Position numbers and translations under genes: made by a program. From a virus, in the IMG/VR virus record IMGVR_UViG_3300030098_003519, positions 25,494 through 89,493 of that record: a DNA stretch of 64,000 nucleotides; one strand, given 5' to 3'. Positions 30,141 to 41,518 of the stretch are shown in pieces. Within the stretch, counting starts at the first letter, position 1; each line of letters opens with the position of its first letter. The notes below the pieces were generated by a model. That model was not told the DNA's origin. It searched no databases and worked only from the letters and a program-made list of their open reading frames with translations.

Positions 30141-33100
30141 TCACTGCTCCTCCCAGGTAAGACTTCCTGAAATCTTAGCAGTTGATAATCCAACATTGTA
30201 GTCGTTATCTGTAGAAGCACAAAGATATAAACTATCAATCTTGTCAGTCAATGGGAAGGATAAGTATTCTTTATTGTAATCAAAGTAAGTAGCAAGATCA
30301 TAATTCTCACCAGATGCAGGAGCATATAGACTCGCAACAATAGTTCCAGTCTTAGGAATAGGTGCTCTTATCTGTGGATTCACTTTAACAGATGACAATT
30401 GATCTAATGTGAACTTAGATGTTGTAGGAGATGTAATTGTTCCATCCTTTGGAGTTGTCTGGTTCTCATAAAGGAAGTTACCATCTTTAAGTAATACAAT
30501 ATTATCGTTGGTTGATTCTAATGCTGAGAAATACCAACCATCCTCTTCAATATTCTGCGTTCTAGACATTCCTCTATTCTCTAAAAGACCAAGAACAGAA
30601 ATCTTCTTCTTAGCAGCATCAGTTTCATAATAACCCCTGAAGTATCCATAGACACCTTCAGTCTCTTCTCTTCTGATAAATTCTGCATCAGATGGTTTAG
30701 TAGCAGTACTGTTATGAGCAATATTAGTAGTTACACTAACATAGAATACAGTAGTAGTAAGTCCAGTTGTTCTAACTCTTAATGTTCTACTATAAACTCG
30801 GCCACTATCCGTAGTTGTTGATCCACTAAAGTCAGTACCACCACCACATGCTGTACCATCCATGATTGGATCAACTGCACGAGGATACTTGTGAGTACTA
30901 CCGTTATTATCAAATGTACATGTGAATGCAAATGCACCTTGTAGAAGTTGGAGAGTATCATTGGCACTAAAACCATGAGAAGTAGAAGTTGTTATCTTCA
31001 TCAATCCAGTAGCAGAATCATATGATACTGCACTTGATCCATCAGCAATATTCAAGAATGAACCAGAAGATTTTCTAACTGCAGCAGTCTTAGTAGTAGC
31101 AGACTCAACATAAGTATGTGCTCCACTATAAGTAGATAGATTTAAAGCAATCTTAGTGGGTTTACCTCTCTTACCGATGTTCCAGTTACCATCACTTGTA
31201 GCTGGATTTTCTTGCAATATTGGTGAAGTACCAGTATTAGCAGTTATAACATCTGTCTGGAAGATAGGAGACTTAATCATATCCACCTTAAGAAGAGCAT
31301 CAGATCCAGTAGAAAGTCTTGTTGGATATACCTGAGTTCTGTTTCTTACATCCTGACCAGTACTACTTTGAATAAAGTCTTTACACTCTAATCCAATGAG
31401 TGGTGTTACACGATTTGTAATAATTTTTATACTTCCTTTGGCAGCACCAGTTGCACTCAATGGAGCACTTAGATATACCTGTTTAGTAGATGGTTCAACA
31501 TAGGTAATCTCAATATTTTGATCTAACGATTCACCAGTAATCACTTTTGAACCAACATAGTACGATGTTGCAAGTCCAGAAATTATACTATTCTGATCAG
31601 CAAGTAAATATGGATCAGTAGCATTCGTAGCATTACCTACAGTAATACTTGTTCCTGCACCAGTTGCAAAGGTTCTAGCAGATCCATAAACTTCTACAGG
31701 TGTTGGAGTTCCATGACTGAATAGTTTAACAGTACCACGGTCACCACCATCAATGTAGTATGAAGCACCATACTTGATTATATTCTCTGAGTGTGATGCA
31801 TAATCTGCCTGTTGACTTCTTAGAGTATCACTATATCCAAAAGAATTGCTACTTCCTCCACCATAAACCATGTATGTAATAGGTAAAGTCGCATTACCCA
31901 GTGAGGAGACCTTCAGTTGGTTAGATGCTCTCAAATGGTGTACACGCACCCAACGTGCTTCTCCAGCACTCACAGGGACATACGCAAGGAATAGAGCACC
32001 AACAGCACCATACCATGAGAATTCAATCTTGTACATGGTAACCTTGTCAAAGGCAAGATCCCAAATACTAGTATCTTCTGTTTGAGCACCAGTTGCAGTA
32101 AGGACAGGACTACCAGCTCTCTTATCTGCTACAGAATCACTATAAAGTAGAGTGTCTGTTGCACCATCTAATCTATCTCCACTAAATCTTGAACGTGGAA
32201 CACGATACTCATATACTGTATGATATGGAAGAGCAACGTTTTGTTGTACCCAATTATCATAGAAACTATTAACATCATCTATCTGACTCTTCAGTGTAGC
32301 AGTACTAGTTAAAGTTGTGTCAATATAACCAACAGTTGTACTTGAGTCAGTTGGTTTTGCATACTTGTATGGGAACATACCAGAATGCTTTGTATTATTC
32401 TGGTGATATGCTTTAGTATCACTATTAATTAAACTTCCAGTTACTGGTTGCACAAATGGTACAGGAGTAACTAAAACATGACTCGATATACCAACATTAT
32501 GATCGGAACTAAGAGAAACATCTGACTCAGTAGCATCCAAATTCTTAAGTGTTACTACTGTTGCAAACTGATCAACACCATCCACATTACTTGTAGTTAC
32601 ACCACTAATTGTTTTAATCTTATAGATCTTATTATCAGTAAATCCACCACTAAGAGCAGCATCATTAGTTCCTTTATCGTATCTAACATACTGATTAGCA
32701 GCAAGAGGAGTTACCCAACCTCCAGAATGATAAAAAGTAGGAACAGTTGAAACACCAACATTTAAAGTAAATGATGTTGTACTATTAACCTGTACAATAT
32801 TAAATCCAGTATTTCTACCAGCATTCGTATACAAATCTGGGTAGAATTTAATTCCACCAGGCCCTGCTTTAGGGTTAGCATCACCAGGAGTAGCATAACT
32901 GAATTGGCAAGTCATACCAATACCAGCAACGGTAAGATACTTACCAAGTTTAAATCCATGCGGTTCATGAGTCGTAATGACCATCAAACCAGTATCTTTA
33001 TTATAAGTTGCGTTACTTACACTTCTTGCAATACCTACAAGAGATACTTTGTTACCACTAGCAGTAACAGAAGTAATTCCAGTCTTATGTGGATCCTGTA

Positions 33101-33971
33101 GAAGTGATGTGTCATAACATCCAGCATGAGTCATTAAGAGATTATCTCTTAAAATAACTAAATCACCAAATTTCTTTTGAGGATATCCTACCGCAGCAGT
33201 ACCCATTCCAACGTTCTCTGAACCTCTCTTACCAAGAGGATCCATTGGAGATGAAGTACCATAATCTTCAGATTGATCAGTACCATATACCCCAAGACCA
33301 TCAAAAACAACTGACTGTGTTCTTCTAACTACACAGAAATTATCTCCTTGTCCATTATTTCTTGTTTCCCAATAATATCCATCGTACTTATCAAATATAC
33401 CATACTTACGAACAGCAGGGTTCTCTATCGTTGCTCCAATATGTTCTTTCTGAGTATCATTCAACGCAGTAGTAGAATCCTTTACGGTAGCATCAAAAAT
33501 AGAAGTCTTAACACCAAAGGTAGCAGCAGAAACACGACCAGGCTGATACCTAAAAAATCTTTTTGAAGTCAGAACACCAGTCTTATCAGGTGGTGCCTCA
33601 ATTAGAGCACCAGATTCTGCAGGAACGTGAGTTAATCCCCACCCCATATCACCATTAATATTTTCATAAAGACCAGTATTATCAACACTAGCAAACTGTT
33701 CAGGAGTCGAAGTCCACTCTGAAGGGTTTACGTCATAAGTGTTAACATCTGCAAAGATACCAAGGGCAACTTCTGCTCTAGGAATACCAAGAAGTGACAG
33801 TGCAACTTCTGATGCAACTTTATTCTGTTCAGCAACAGGTATAGTTGACTGATCACTTGCAATTACAACAGGTATAGATTTCTCCGCTTTTTGTTGGCCA
33901 GGAGGTACTGGAGCAGTCCTACCTACGACAACAACTGCCGAAGAATTATTTACATTAGTGTTATCAGGCAT
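30141..33971 (-). CDS. Large virion structural protein (1276 aa), paralogue of 26238..30137
   Basis: SKRFFRYQPGR, SGDRLDG, VTMYKIEFSWYGA and IKYGASYYIDGGD motifs; ends in TWEEQ. Confidence 0.75.
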   Translation of the reverse strand: MPDNTNVNNSSAVVVVGRTAPVPPGQQKAEKSIPVVIASDQSTIPVAEQNKVASEVALSLLGIPRAEVALGIFADVNTYDVNPSEWTSTPEQFASVDNTGLYENINGDMGWGLTHVPAESGALIEAPPDKTGVLTSKRFFRYQPGRVSAATFGVKTSIFDATVKDSTTALNDTQKEHIGATIENPAVRKYGIFDKYDGYYWETRNNGQGDNFCVVRRTQSVVFDGLGVYGTDQSEDYGTSSPMDPLGKRGSENVGMGTAAVGYPQKKFGDLVILRDNLLMTHAGCYDTSLLQDPHKTGITSVTASGNKVSLVGIARSVSNATYNKDTGLMVITTHEPHGFKLGKYLTVAGIGMTCQFSYATPGDANPKAGPGGIKFYPDLYTNAGRNTGFNIVQVNSTTSFTLNVGVSTVPTFYHSGGWVTPLAANQYVRYDKGTNDAALSGGFTDNKIYKIKTISGVTTSNVDGVDQFATVVTLKNLDATESDVSLSSDHNVGISSHVLVTPVPFVQPVTGSLINSDTKAYHQNNTKHSGMFPYKYAKPTDSSTTVGYIDTTLTSTATLKSQIDDVNSFYDNWVQQNVALPYHTVYEYRVPRSRFSGDRLDGATDTLLYSDSVADKRAGSPVLTATGAQTEDTSIWDLAFDKVTMYKIEFSWYGAVGALFLAYVPVSAGEARWVRVHHLRASNQLKVSSLGNATLPITYMVYGGGSSNSFGYSDTLRSQQADYASHSENIIKYGASYYIDGGDRGTVKLFSHGTPTPVEVYGSARTFATGAGTSITVGNATNATDPYLLADQNSIISGLATSYYVGSKVITGESLDQNIEITYVEPSTKQVYLSAPLSATGAAKGSIKIITNRVTPLIGLECKDFIQSSTGQDVRNRTQVYPTRLSTGSDALLKVDMIKSPIFQTDVITANTGTSPILQENPATSDGNWNIGKRGKPTKIALNLSTYSGAHTYVESATTKTAAVRKSSGSFLNIADGSSAVSYDSATGLMKITTSTSHGFSANDTLQLLQGAFAFTCTFDNNGSTHKYPRAVDPIMDGTACGGGTDFSGSTTTDSGRVYSRTLRVRTTGLTTTVFYVSVTTNIAHNSTATKPSDAEFIRREETEGVYGYFRGYYETDAAKKKISVLGLLENRGMSRTQNIEEDGWYFSALESTNDNIVLLKDGNFLYENQTTPKDGTITSPTTSKFTLDQLSSVKVNPQIRAPIPKTGTIVASLYAPASGENYDLATYFDYNKEYLSFPLTDKIDSLYLCASTDNDYNVGLSTAKISGSLTWEEQ

Positions 33972-36900
33972 TTAAATGACTCCGACTCTTCCTTTAAAGA
34001 TTGTGAATGTATTCCTTATAGATATATATCCATTTTCTCCACCGTTACTTGCGGAAACCGCAGTAATATTGGCGAATCTATGGTTACCACTACCAACGTT
34101 TGTGATATCACGAGCTGATCCAGAAGTTGCTTGATCTGGAGTTGCTGCAAGTTTGATGGTATTATCATCAACTTTAATAACATAATGCTCTGTATTGGTA
34201 GCAATACCAACGATAGCATTTCCACTTGAATCAATATATGTTAATCCATCACGAGTGGCAAATCCATGCCCAGTGATAGTAATCTGATCATTAGTATTTA
34301 CAGAACCTGCAGGTACTAAGTATGATTTGTAAGAAGATATTCCAGCAAAGGATAGAATAAATTGCTTATTCTCTGCATTAACATTATTCTTACCAGCAAT
34401 CATCATTGCCTTTCCACTAATATCTGGTGACATTGAATGTCCAGGAATCTTACAAACATGTCCTGTAGCAATTCCAGTGAAATGAGCAGGTGTTTGAAGT
34501 TGAACAATATACTGAGTACAAGCAGTACCAACTACTGCTTCAGTAGTTCCATTACTTGTCCAGTATCCAGTAGCAATACCAACAGTTGCTGCATACCCAA
34601 CTGGTTTTTCTCTATATTCTGTGGCAATTGCCTCATATGCCAATGGAGTAGTTCTATAACCATCAAGCTGCCATGTACCTGGAGTAGTTGTTCCAGTACC
34701 AATACCTTTCGGTAATGTTAGAGAGTAATATCCATGCTCTCTATCAATATCATCAGGAGAATCATCAATTGTTCCAGATTGAAGTTCAACAATAGTAGAT
34801 CCAATAGATGGTGTAGTTGTTGTGTTATATAATCCAACTAATTCACCAATTCTAGCATGGACAGTTACCTTACCACTACTCATATCCTTCGGTTCATTAT
34901 CTTCAAGATACAATACTCTAGGCCCGAACCAGTCATTGCCAGGTTTGATGGATACGTTAACAGAATTCCAATCACTATCGTAGATGTCAGGTGATGGTAA
35001 CCATTCATCTGAAGGACCAAGAATAATATTATTAGATGTAGTAATCTTAGCAGTTGCATATGCATCTATTCCAGTACCACAATTTCTAATAATGTTACCA
35101 CCAGTAGAAACAATAGAAGTTACTGAAAGATCAACAGGACCAGGATAATTTTCAAAGAGGTTATCATTAACTCTAACAGTCTCAGAGTTTTGTGCATCTA
35201 ATGGTTTAAATGCATCAACATCTGACAAACATCCATCAACAAAGGTAGAGTTCTCTACAGATACTCTCTTAGAATCGTAAATATATAATCCACCTCCAGG
35301 TGTATTACGTATTTCCATATCCTTGAATAGTGCAGAGTTTACACCTCTAAAGTAAACAAGATAATTATCAGATATACCATCAAATGTAACATTATTTGAA
35401 TTATTTCCATCAATTGTTACCTCTTGTAGAGTAATATCAACTCCATTTGTCACTGCAATTCCAACAAAGTTACCATCATTAGTTAATGAATTACCAGCAT
35501 CATCATTAGCATCAGTAGCAAAGTACTGTTGCTTAAGAATTGTATTCTTTCCATTACCCTTAAGAGTGAAACTGGTTGGAACTACAATTTTATTTGCAAG
35601 GTATATTCCACTTGGAAGTGTAAGGTAATTACCACCAGATGCAACGGTCTTATCTATTGCACTCTTCAATGCAGAAGTGTTGTCATGAACAACCTTAACA
35701 ACAGTAGTAGAACCAAACGAAACAGAACTATTAACATAACAATTATCAGCAAGAGTTATGCTATTTGCACCAATAGAAACAACTTCATCAAGATTCCAAC
35801 CTCTCTTAGCACCTGTAGTACCAATAACAGGGAAGTGAATTTGCTCTATAGCTACATCAGTAGTAGCAGATCCAACATACTCATTCTTAGCAGATTTTGG
35901 TGACCATTCTGTTTGCTCATAAACACCATAATCTAACCAAGTAATTCCAGAAGTCAATCCCTTCAATTGTTTCTCACCAAGAATCGCAACCAATCTAGAT
36001 TCAGTAATATCTGCATTAGAAGCAGCACCTACTCCATCAAATTCTTGACGATAAACTGCAATACCATTATCAACAGATGATCTCTTTAACTTCAATCTAA
36101 TGAAATCAGAAGAATTCCATTTATCTAAATCAGTATGACCTACTCCTGCTCTCTTTGTAGATAAACTTCCAGTATAGGTTCCATCAGGAGAAATCTGTGA
36201 TGAAATTCCAATTCTACCATTTCTTTCATTAAATTCAGAAATCCAATAGTAGTAAGTCTTACTAAATGGTGCTCCACCACCAGCACCTGCTCTTTCAAAT
36301 GTAACTGAAGTATCTAAGACAGGATCTGCCATATCAGCACCATCAGCAACACTCTTAACAGTAGCACCAAATACCTTAACTTTCTCTCCTTTATAGAATC
36401 TAGCAGTTGAAATACCAGAAATAGTTAATGGTTGAGCTGGATTTGTACTACCTTCACCAACATAAATTGTACCATCGTTACTTACACCATAACTTCTCAA
36501 CTCATATGCTGGTAATTCGTGTGAATCAATTAATTCATAACCAGTTTCATCACTCTTAACCATCAAAATACGGTTTCTCTGGAATGTTGGTTCTAGAGTT
36601 GTTGGAAGGTCAGTTAATTCAAAGTTATTATATGCATTTGCACGGATTGTTCCATTAACATCTAATTCATATGCTGGATCAGCAGTCTGAATACCAACTC
36701 TCTGAGTATCTTCCTTAACAACAAAGGATGGTGAAGTCTCATCCCCAACTAAGAATGATGGATTCTGAGTTGCTGTACCCTTAAGAAGAAGTTTGATTGC
36801 TTCTATACCATCAGCAGCAGTGGATGTTATCTTATTACCAAAGTTAACTGGGCCTCTAAAGTCTGATGGTAAATTTCTATTAGGACCACCACCAACACGA

Positions 36901-39900
36901 AGTGTATTTCTTACGTAAAGATCATCAAATACCCCAGTAGCATCAGATCCAATCTCTCCGACGAAATTCTCTCTTGGAGTAATTCTGTCTCCAGTGAAGT
37001 AATCTCCACGATCATTCATACCAGAGAAGAATACGATTCCACCTTTCTCTTCTCTAGAAATTGCAAGTGATTCTTCTTCATCAGTAAGAGATCTAACTTG
37101 CTTTGCTGGAAGTGCGGTTGAGTAGTTACCTGGCCCATATCCAACGTACTCAAATGTATGACCAGAAGCACGGATACTTGAATACCTATGTGTCTGTGTT
37201 GGAATTACTTTAATCTTTCTAACAATAGATCCATTAGCATGGTCTACTGCTCTTGTACCCAAAGTACCTCTAATAACAGTAAGATCTGTACTATTTGCAA
37301 TTGATCTTGCAGTTACTCTAACAACTTCATTGTCTATTTGTAAGAAATCACCCTTATCAAATCCAAGATAATTAGTAATCTTTAATGTTGGAGAAGCAGT
37401 GGTAATACCAGCAGACATCGTTGTACTAATACCTGCATTCAATGGTACATAACTTCCAGCAATATTCTCAAGTTCAAATGACTGACTCTGACCAAATGCA
37501 CCAAGATTATACTTATAAACTTCTGCACTACTTACTTGATCTGTTCCAATTCCAGTAGATGCCTGAACTGTGAATTGAGTTAGACTAAGTTTTTCCTTAA
37601 CAACAAAATCAGTATTAAAAGTTGATGCATCTACTCCAGTTACACCAGCAATTTTAATTTTATTTCCTGCAATTAATCCATGAGCCTTGCTTGTAGTTGC
37701 AGTCACGATACCAGCGAGTGTAGTACCTGCAGTACCAACTATTGATGAAATAGGAACTGCTTCATCGCCCACATAAACCATTCCTTGAGGTAATGTAGAG
37801 ATTCCTGCGTATTCACCAGGATTTGATCCAGCATTATAAGTGATCGTCTTAGAACTAGAAATACCAGTAATCTTATACAGTCCGTTATATCCACTATCAT
37901 TACGATTTGCAGTTACACCAACTCCAACAACTTGTACTGCCTTACCAACAGCATCATTAATCTTACTAACAGTTACGGTAGCATTACCAGTACCAACTTT
38001 TAATACATTACCAACAGCATATGCAGAACCAGAGTCCACTAATTCATATGCTGTAACTGTACCAGAGTTATTAACTACAATATTTGCAGTTGCTCCATCA
38101 CCAGTCATTGTACTAGTATTATTATTCAAAGGAACATTATAAAGTGTAGTGACACCTGCTCCAGTAACATATCCAGATCCAGCAGAAGTTAAAGTAAAGG
38201 TAACAATACCAGATAAGTTATGAGAATTATCAGTAAATGCACTTACAATTCCACTAGTACCAGCATCACCAATTGTACCAGTAATACCAATACCTATTCT
38301 ATTATCTTTTAGATAATTAATTGCAACTTCTTTTGTAAGACTATTTTGTGGATCGTTTGAGTCAACTTTACCGATTTCATTATTTACAGCTGAAGATACT
38401 GCTTCTAGAGGATCATTATTTGGATTATCCTTATCAACTGTAGGATATAAACTAGCAATACTCTGCTTGAATTTTAAATCATCAAATGGTTCTACAGTTG
38501 GTCTAATATTACCAATCAAACATGTTAGATGATAGATTCCATCTTGTGCTCCCTGCTCATATTCCTGAACGGTTTCTACATCCTGTATAGTATATGTGGT
38601 ATCATATTCAACTCTTTCAAAAGTTGCAAGAGTATATCCAATTCCTGTTCCACCAATATCATTACGATTATACTTCAACTTATCAAGATAAGTACCAGCA
38701 CTCTTTGGATTGGTATAAGTAAATTTCTTTGTGCTTGGAACACTAGTAACTTCAAAATATCCATTAAATCCAGTATTACCTACACCAGCAATATTTCTTG
38801 TACTAAATGCATTTTTAACACGAATCCTATCCTTAACACTCAACTTATGTGGTAATTCTGTTGAAACAGTAACAAGAGAACCAGTACTTGCTTCACTAGT
38901 AATACCAGCAATTACCTTTGGGTTACGGTTAGAGTTAACAGTAGTAATTACATTCTTCTCATCAACAGTTTTAGATTCCTGAATTGTATAATTCTTTTCT
39001 GGTTTCTTTGCAATAGCACCACTTTCCGTATCCTCTTTTGGTATTACATAACGGAATCTATAAAGACGACTATCTAAATCACGACCTTCAGATAATCTCT
39101 GAACATAAGTAGAAGAGTTATTTGCTGCAATTTGAGTAGAGAAACCAACAATTCCACTAGTGTATAGTGTGTTGCTAGAGGCAGTTAAGACATACCAATT
39201 ATTCTTTGTGTCATCCCACTGAATAGGATGCCCAATCTCACCTGGAGATTTATCAGTAACTTTACTTACAATACTAATTACACCACCATCTTGGTTCTTA
39301 ATACTAATAGCTTCAGGTGAACTTAATTTAGATTTATTGAATGTACTTGCCAATTTAATGGTAGTAGTAGAAACACTAATAACATAATATGTCTTTCCAT
39401 TCTCCATTCCATCAGGAACATTACAGTTATCACTATAAACTCTTACTGATTCACCAGTTATGAAATTGTGAGTACCTTCGAGAGTTATTACATCAGTAGA
39501 TATATTAATATTATTACCATCACTAAGAGTTCTTGCAACCTTATGTCTCTTTTCTGCAGTTGGTCCTTCGGTAGTATTGCTAACTATACCATTTGCTCCT
39601 GCTTGCATCAAAATTGGAGCAGAATATGACTTACTATCTCCACCAATAACTACATCAAGATATAGTTTATCATCAGTCTTAGAACCAATTCTATATCCAT
39701 TACTAATATTACTTGGAGGATTTTCCTTATCCTTTGCTTCAAGAATATAAAGTCTTCTTGTATTAGCAGTAGTTAATGTCAATGTTGGATCTATTGTTCT
39801 CCAAATAACATTAAATGTGTCTTCTTGAAGATCTGTTGGTGGAATAATGTGTGTTACATAACCACTGTCATCACGATCAAATGAATCTCTTCTAAAACCA

Positions 39901-41417
39901 TGAGAAAGTAGAGCCTTAGAACCGAAGTTTGAGTTGGAGTTAGTGATTGACTGCTCACCACCAGATTCTGATAAGAATTGTGCAGCAAAACCGATAGCAA
40001 AAGTAGATACTGCCTGAATAACAGCATCATTTGATGCCTTAATATGATAATTCTCGTATGCTGGTTTAAATACTGCGTCTTGGTTGATATAAAGAGGTAA
40101 TTGCTTAGAATCAGTTACTGAATCCTTTCCGTTATATCTACCAGTTGATGAATCATAAAGAATAAACGCATTATCATCCTTCTGTAGACCAATACCAGTA
40201 AACTGGGCAACAACCATAGACTTAAATCCAGTTGCCTTTGCTCCATCAGCATGAAGACCACACATACCATAGACTGATCTCAATGAACAGTTAAAGATAT
40301 ATGGTGAAGAACCATCAACATTATCTGCCTCAATAACAACCTTTGCTGCTGATGTAACAGCAGGTGTTAAATCATTAGGTGTTGAAGGTAGATAGTAGTT
40401 AAATGATCTATCACTACCAACTCCTGCAACCTTATAACTTCCTTCATAGAAGGTAGAATTAGCAATACCAGCAATACGAACAGAATCATCGGTATTCAAA
40501 CCATGAGCCTTCTGTGTTCCAACTTGAATAAGACTTCCAGTAGCATTTAATGAGATAATACTATTATCATTTGCTACTAAATCACCAACAATCTTAAATT
40601 CTGGTGTATTTGGTTCAAAATCAGTAGCAGTTGGAAATGCTGTAATATTTCTAGTTCCTGTATTCTGACCATAAGCATTCATTAACTTATAGTAATACAT
40701 TTGAAGGTCTGTATAACCTGTATTACTATCAACAGTCAAACCATCAGCATACTCAAAACAAGTCAATTTGTGATGAGATAAACTTGGATTGGTTTTTTGA
40801 GTTGTCTTATTAAAATAAACTGACTGATTCGCATCAAACATACTGAATTGCCAGAAATAGCAACCACCAGTTACACGGAAAATTGCTGATCTTGGTATAA
40901 AATCAGCAGATGTAGGGGTATTCTTTGTGGGATCAGGTACATATAAAGGTCTTATCTTCGTCTTTCTCAAGTCCATACCAACAAGAGAAGTTCCTTTAGG
41001 AATTATTACACCACCTTCTATTGAGTTAAACTTATATAATACATTATCTGAATTATTTAAATCGAATATTGTTGAGTTCTTTAGTTCTAAATCTGTCTGT
41101 GCAGTAACATCATTACCCCAAAGATAGTACTTTGCAGCACTACTTACAGATTTAATTGAAAGGCCTGGTCTGTTATCAATGGTATGAGTACCAGGATACA
41201 GCAAGATTGTTGTTTTATCAAATCTATCATTATTACGTCCAGACTGATAAGCAAACCTCGCAGATTCTATAAGTGCTCTCTGAATAGTTTTAAAAGGTCT
41301 AGTAAGAGAGTTACCTTTATTATCGAAACTATCTGTGGAATCCAAATCATTTGGATTCACATAGAGAATATTACCTTCAGTATTAATAAGGAAATTTTCT
41401 AACCTAGAAAGAGGCAT
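33972..41417 (-). CDS. Giant virion protein (2481 aa) with pectin-lyase-like beta-helix regions
   Basis: MPLSRL...PFKTIQRALIE N-terminus of a conserved cyanophage family. Repeated T..HG[LF]..G..V small domains. DNT.AL..AID...LPSG.Y...LKGNG..TIL beta-helix start near the C-terminus. Confidence 0.8.
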   Translation of the reverse strand: MPLSRLENFLINTEGNILYVNPNDLDSTDSFDNKGNSLTRPFKTIQRALIESARFAYQSGRNNDRFDKTTILLYPGTHTIDNRPGLSIKSVSSAAKYYLWGNDVTAQTDLELKNSTIFDLNNSDNVLYKFNSIEGGVIIPKGTSLVGMDLRKTKIRPLYVPDPTKNTPTSADFIPRSAIFRVTGGCYFWQFSMFDANQSVYFNKTTQKTNPSLSHHKLTCFEYADGLTVDSNTGYTDLQMYYYKLMNAYGQNTGTRNITAFPTATDFEPNTPEFKIVGDLVANDNSIISLNATGSLIQVGTQKAHGLNTDDSVRIAGIANSTFYEGSYKVAGVGSDRSFNYYLPSTPNDLTPAVTSAAKVVIEADNVDGSSPYIFNCSLRSVYGMCGLHADGAKATGFKSMVVAQFTGIGLQKDDNAFILYDSSTGRYNGKDSVTDSKQLPLYINQDAVFKPAYENYHIKASNDAVIQAVSTFAIGFAAQFLSESGGEQSITNSNSNFGSKALLSHGFRRDSFDRDDSGYVTHIIPPTDLQEDTFNVIWRTIDPTLTLTTANTRRLYILEAKDKENPPSNISNGYRIGSKTDDKLYLDVVIGGDSKSYSAPILMQAGANGIVSNTTEGPTAEKRHKVARTLSDGNNINISTDVITLEGTHNFITGESVRVYSDNCNVPDGMENGKTYYVISVSTTTIKLASTFNKSKLSSPEAISIKNQDGGVISIVSKVTDKSPGEIGHPIQWDDTKNNWYVLTASSNTLYTSGIVGFSTQIAANNSSTYVQRLSEGRDLDSRLYRFRYVIPKEDTESGAIAKKPEKNYTIQESKTVDEKNVITTVNSNRNPKVIAGITSEASTGSLVTVSTELPHKLSVKDRIRVKNAFSTRNIAGVGNTGFNGYFEVTSVPSTKKFTYTNPKSAGTYLDKLKYNRNDIGGTGIGYTLATFERVEYDTTYTIQDVETVQEYEQGAQDGIYHLTCLIGNIRPTVEPFDDLKFKQSIASLYPTVDKDNPNNDPLEAVSSAVNNEIGKVDSNDPQNSLTKEVAINYLKDNRIGIGITGTIGDAGTSGIVSAFTDNSHNLSGIVTFTLTSAGSGYVTGAGVTTLYNVPLNNNTSTMTGDGATANIVVNNSGTVTAYELVDSGSAYAVGNVLKVGTGNATVTVSKINDAVGKAVQVVGVGVTANRNDSGYNGLYKITGISSSKTITYNAGSNPGEYAGISTLPQGMVYVGDEAVPISSIVGTAGTTLAGIVTATTSKAHGLIAGNKIKIAGVTGVDASTFNTDFVVKEKLSLTQFTVQASTGIGTDQVSSAEVYKYNLGAFGQSQSFELENIAGSYVPLNAGISTTMSAGITTASPTLKITNYLGFDKGDFLQIDNEVVRVTARSIANSTDLTVIRGTLGTRAVDHANGSIVRKIKVIPTQTHRYSSIRASGHTFEYVGYGPGNYSTALPAKQVRSLTDEEESLAISREEKGGIVFFSGMNDRGDYFTGDRITPRENFVGEIGSDATGVFDDLYVRNTLRVGGGPNRNLPSDFRGPVNFGNKITSTAADGIEAIKLLLKGTATQNPSFLVGDETSPSFVVKEDTQRVGIQTADPAYELDVNGTIRANAYNNFELTDLPTTLEPTFQRNRILMVKSDETGYELIDSHELPAYELRSYGVSNDGTIYVGEGSTNPAQPLTISGISTARFYKGEKVKVFGATVKSVADGADMADPVLDTSVTFERAGAGGGAPFSKTYYYWISEFNERNGRIGISSQISPDGTYTGSLSTKRAGVGHTDLDKWNSSDFIRLKLKRSSVDNGIAVYRQEFDGVGAASNADITESRLVAILGEKQLKGLTSGITWLDYGVYEQTEWSPKSAKNEYVGSATTDVAIEQIHFPVIGTTGAKRGWNLDEVVSIGANSITLADNCYVNSSVSFGSTTVVKVVHDNTSALKSAIDKTVASGGNYLTLPSGIYLANKIVVPTSFTLKGNGKNTILKQQYFATDANDDAGNSLTNDGNFVGIAVTNGVDITLQEVTIDGNNSNNVTFDGISDNYLVYFRGVNSALFKDMEIRNTPGGGLYIYDSKRVSVENSTFVDGCLSDVDAFKPLDAQNSETVRVNDNLFENYPGPVDLSVTSIVSTGGNIIRNCGTGIDAYATAKITTSNNIILGPSDEWLPSPDIYDSDWNSVNVSIKPGNDWFGPRVLYLEDNEPKDMSSGKVTVHARIGELVGLYNTTTTPSIGSTIVELQSGTIDDSPDDIDREHGYYSLTLPKGIGTGTTTPGTWQLDGYRTTPLAYEAIATEYREKPVGYAATVGIATGYWTSNGTTEAVVGTACTQYIVQLQTPAHFTGIATGHVCKIPGHSMSPDISGKAMMIAGKNNVNAENKQFILSFAGISSYKSYLVPAGSVNTNDQITITGHGFATRDGLTYIDSSGNAIVGIATNTEHYVIKVDDNTIKLAATPDQATSGSARDITNVGSGNHRFANITAVSASNGGENGYISIRNTFTIFKGRVGVI

Positions 41418-41447
41418 TGTATCAGCACACTAATTTTTCTTCTGACT

Positions 41448-41454
41448 TATTTAT
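41448..41454 (-). promoter_or_regulatory. Late promoter ATAAATA for the 2481-aa gene
   Basis: GATAAATA 30 nt upstream of the ATG at 41417. Confidence 0.7.
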
Positions 41455-41518
41455 CATGCTAAGAAAGGAAGGGCGTTCTTTCTACGTAGAAATCTTTGAT
41501 ACTCCCTTCAATTTTTTT

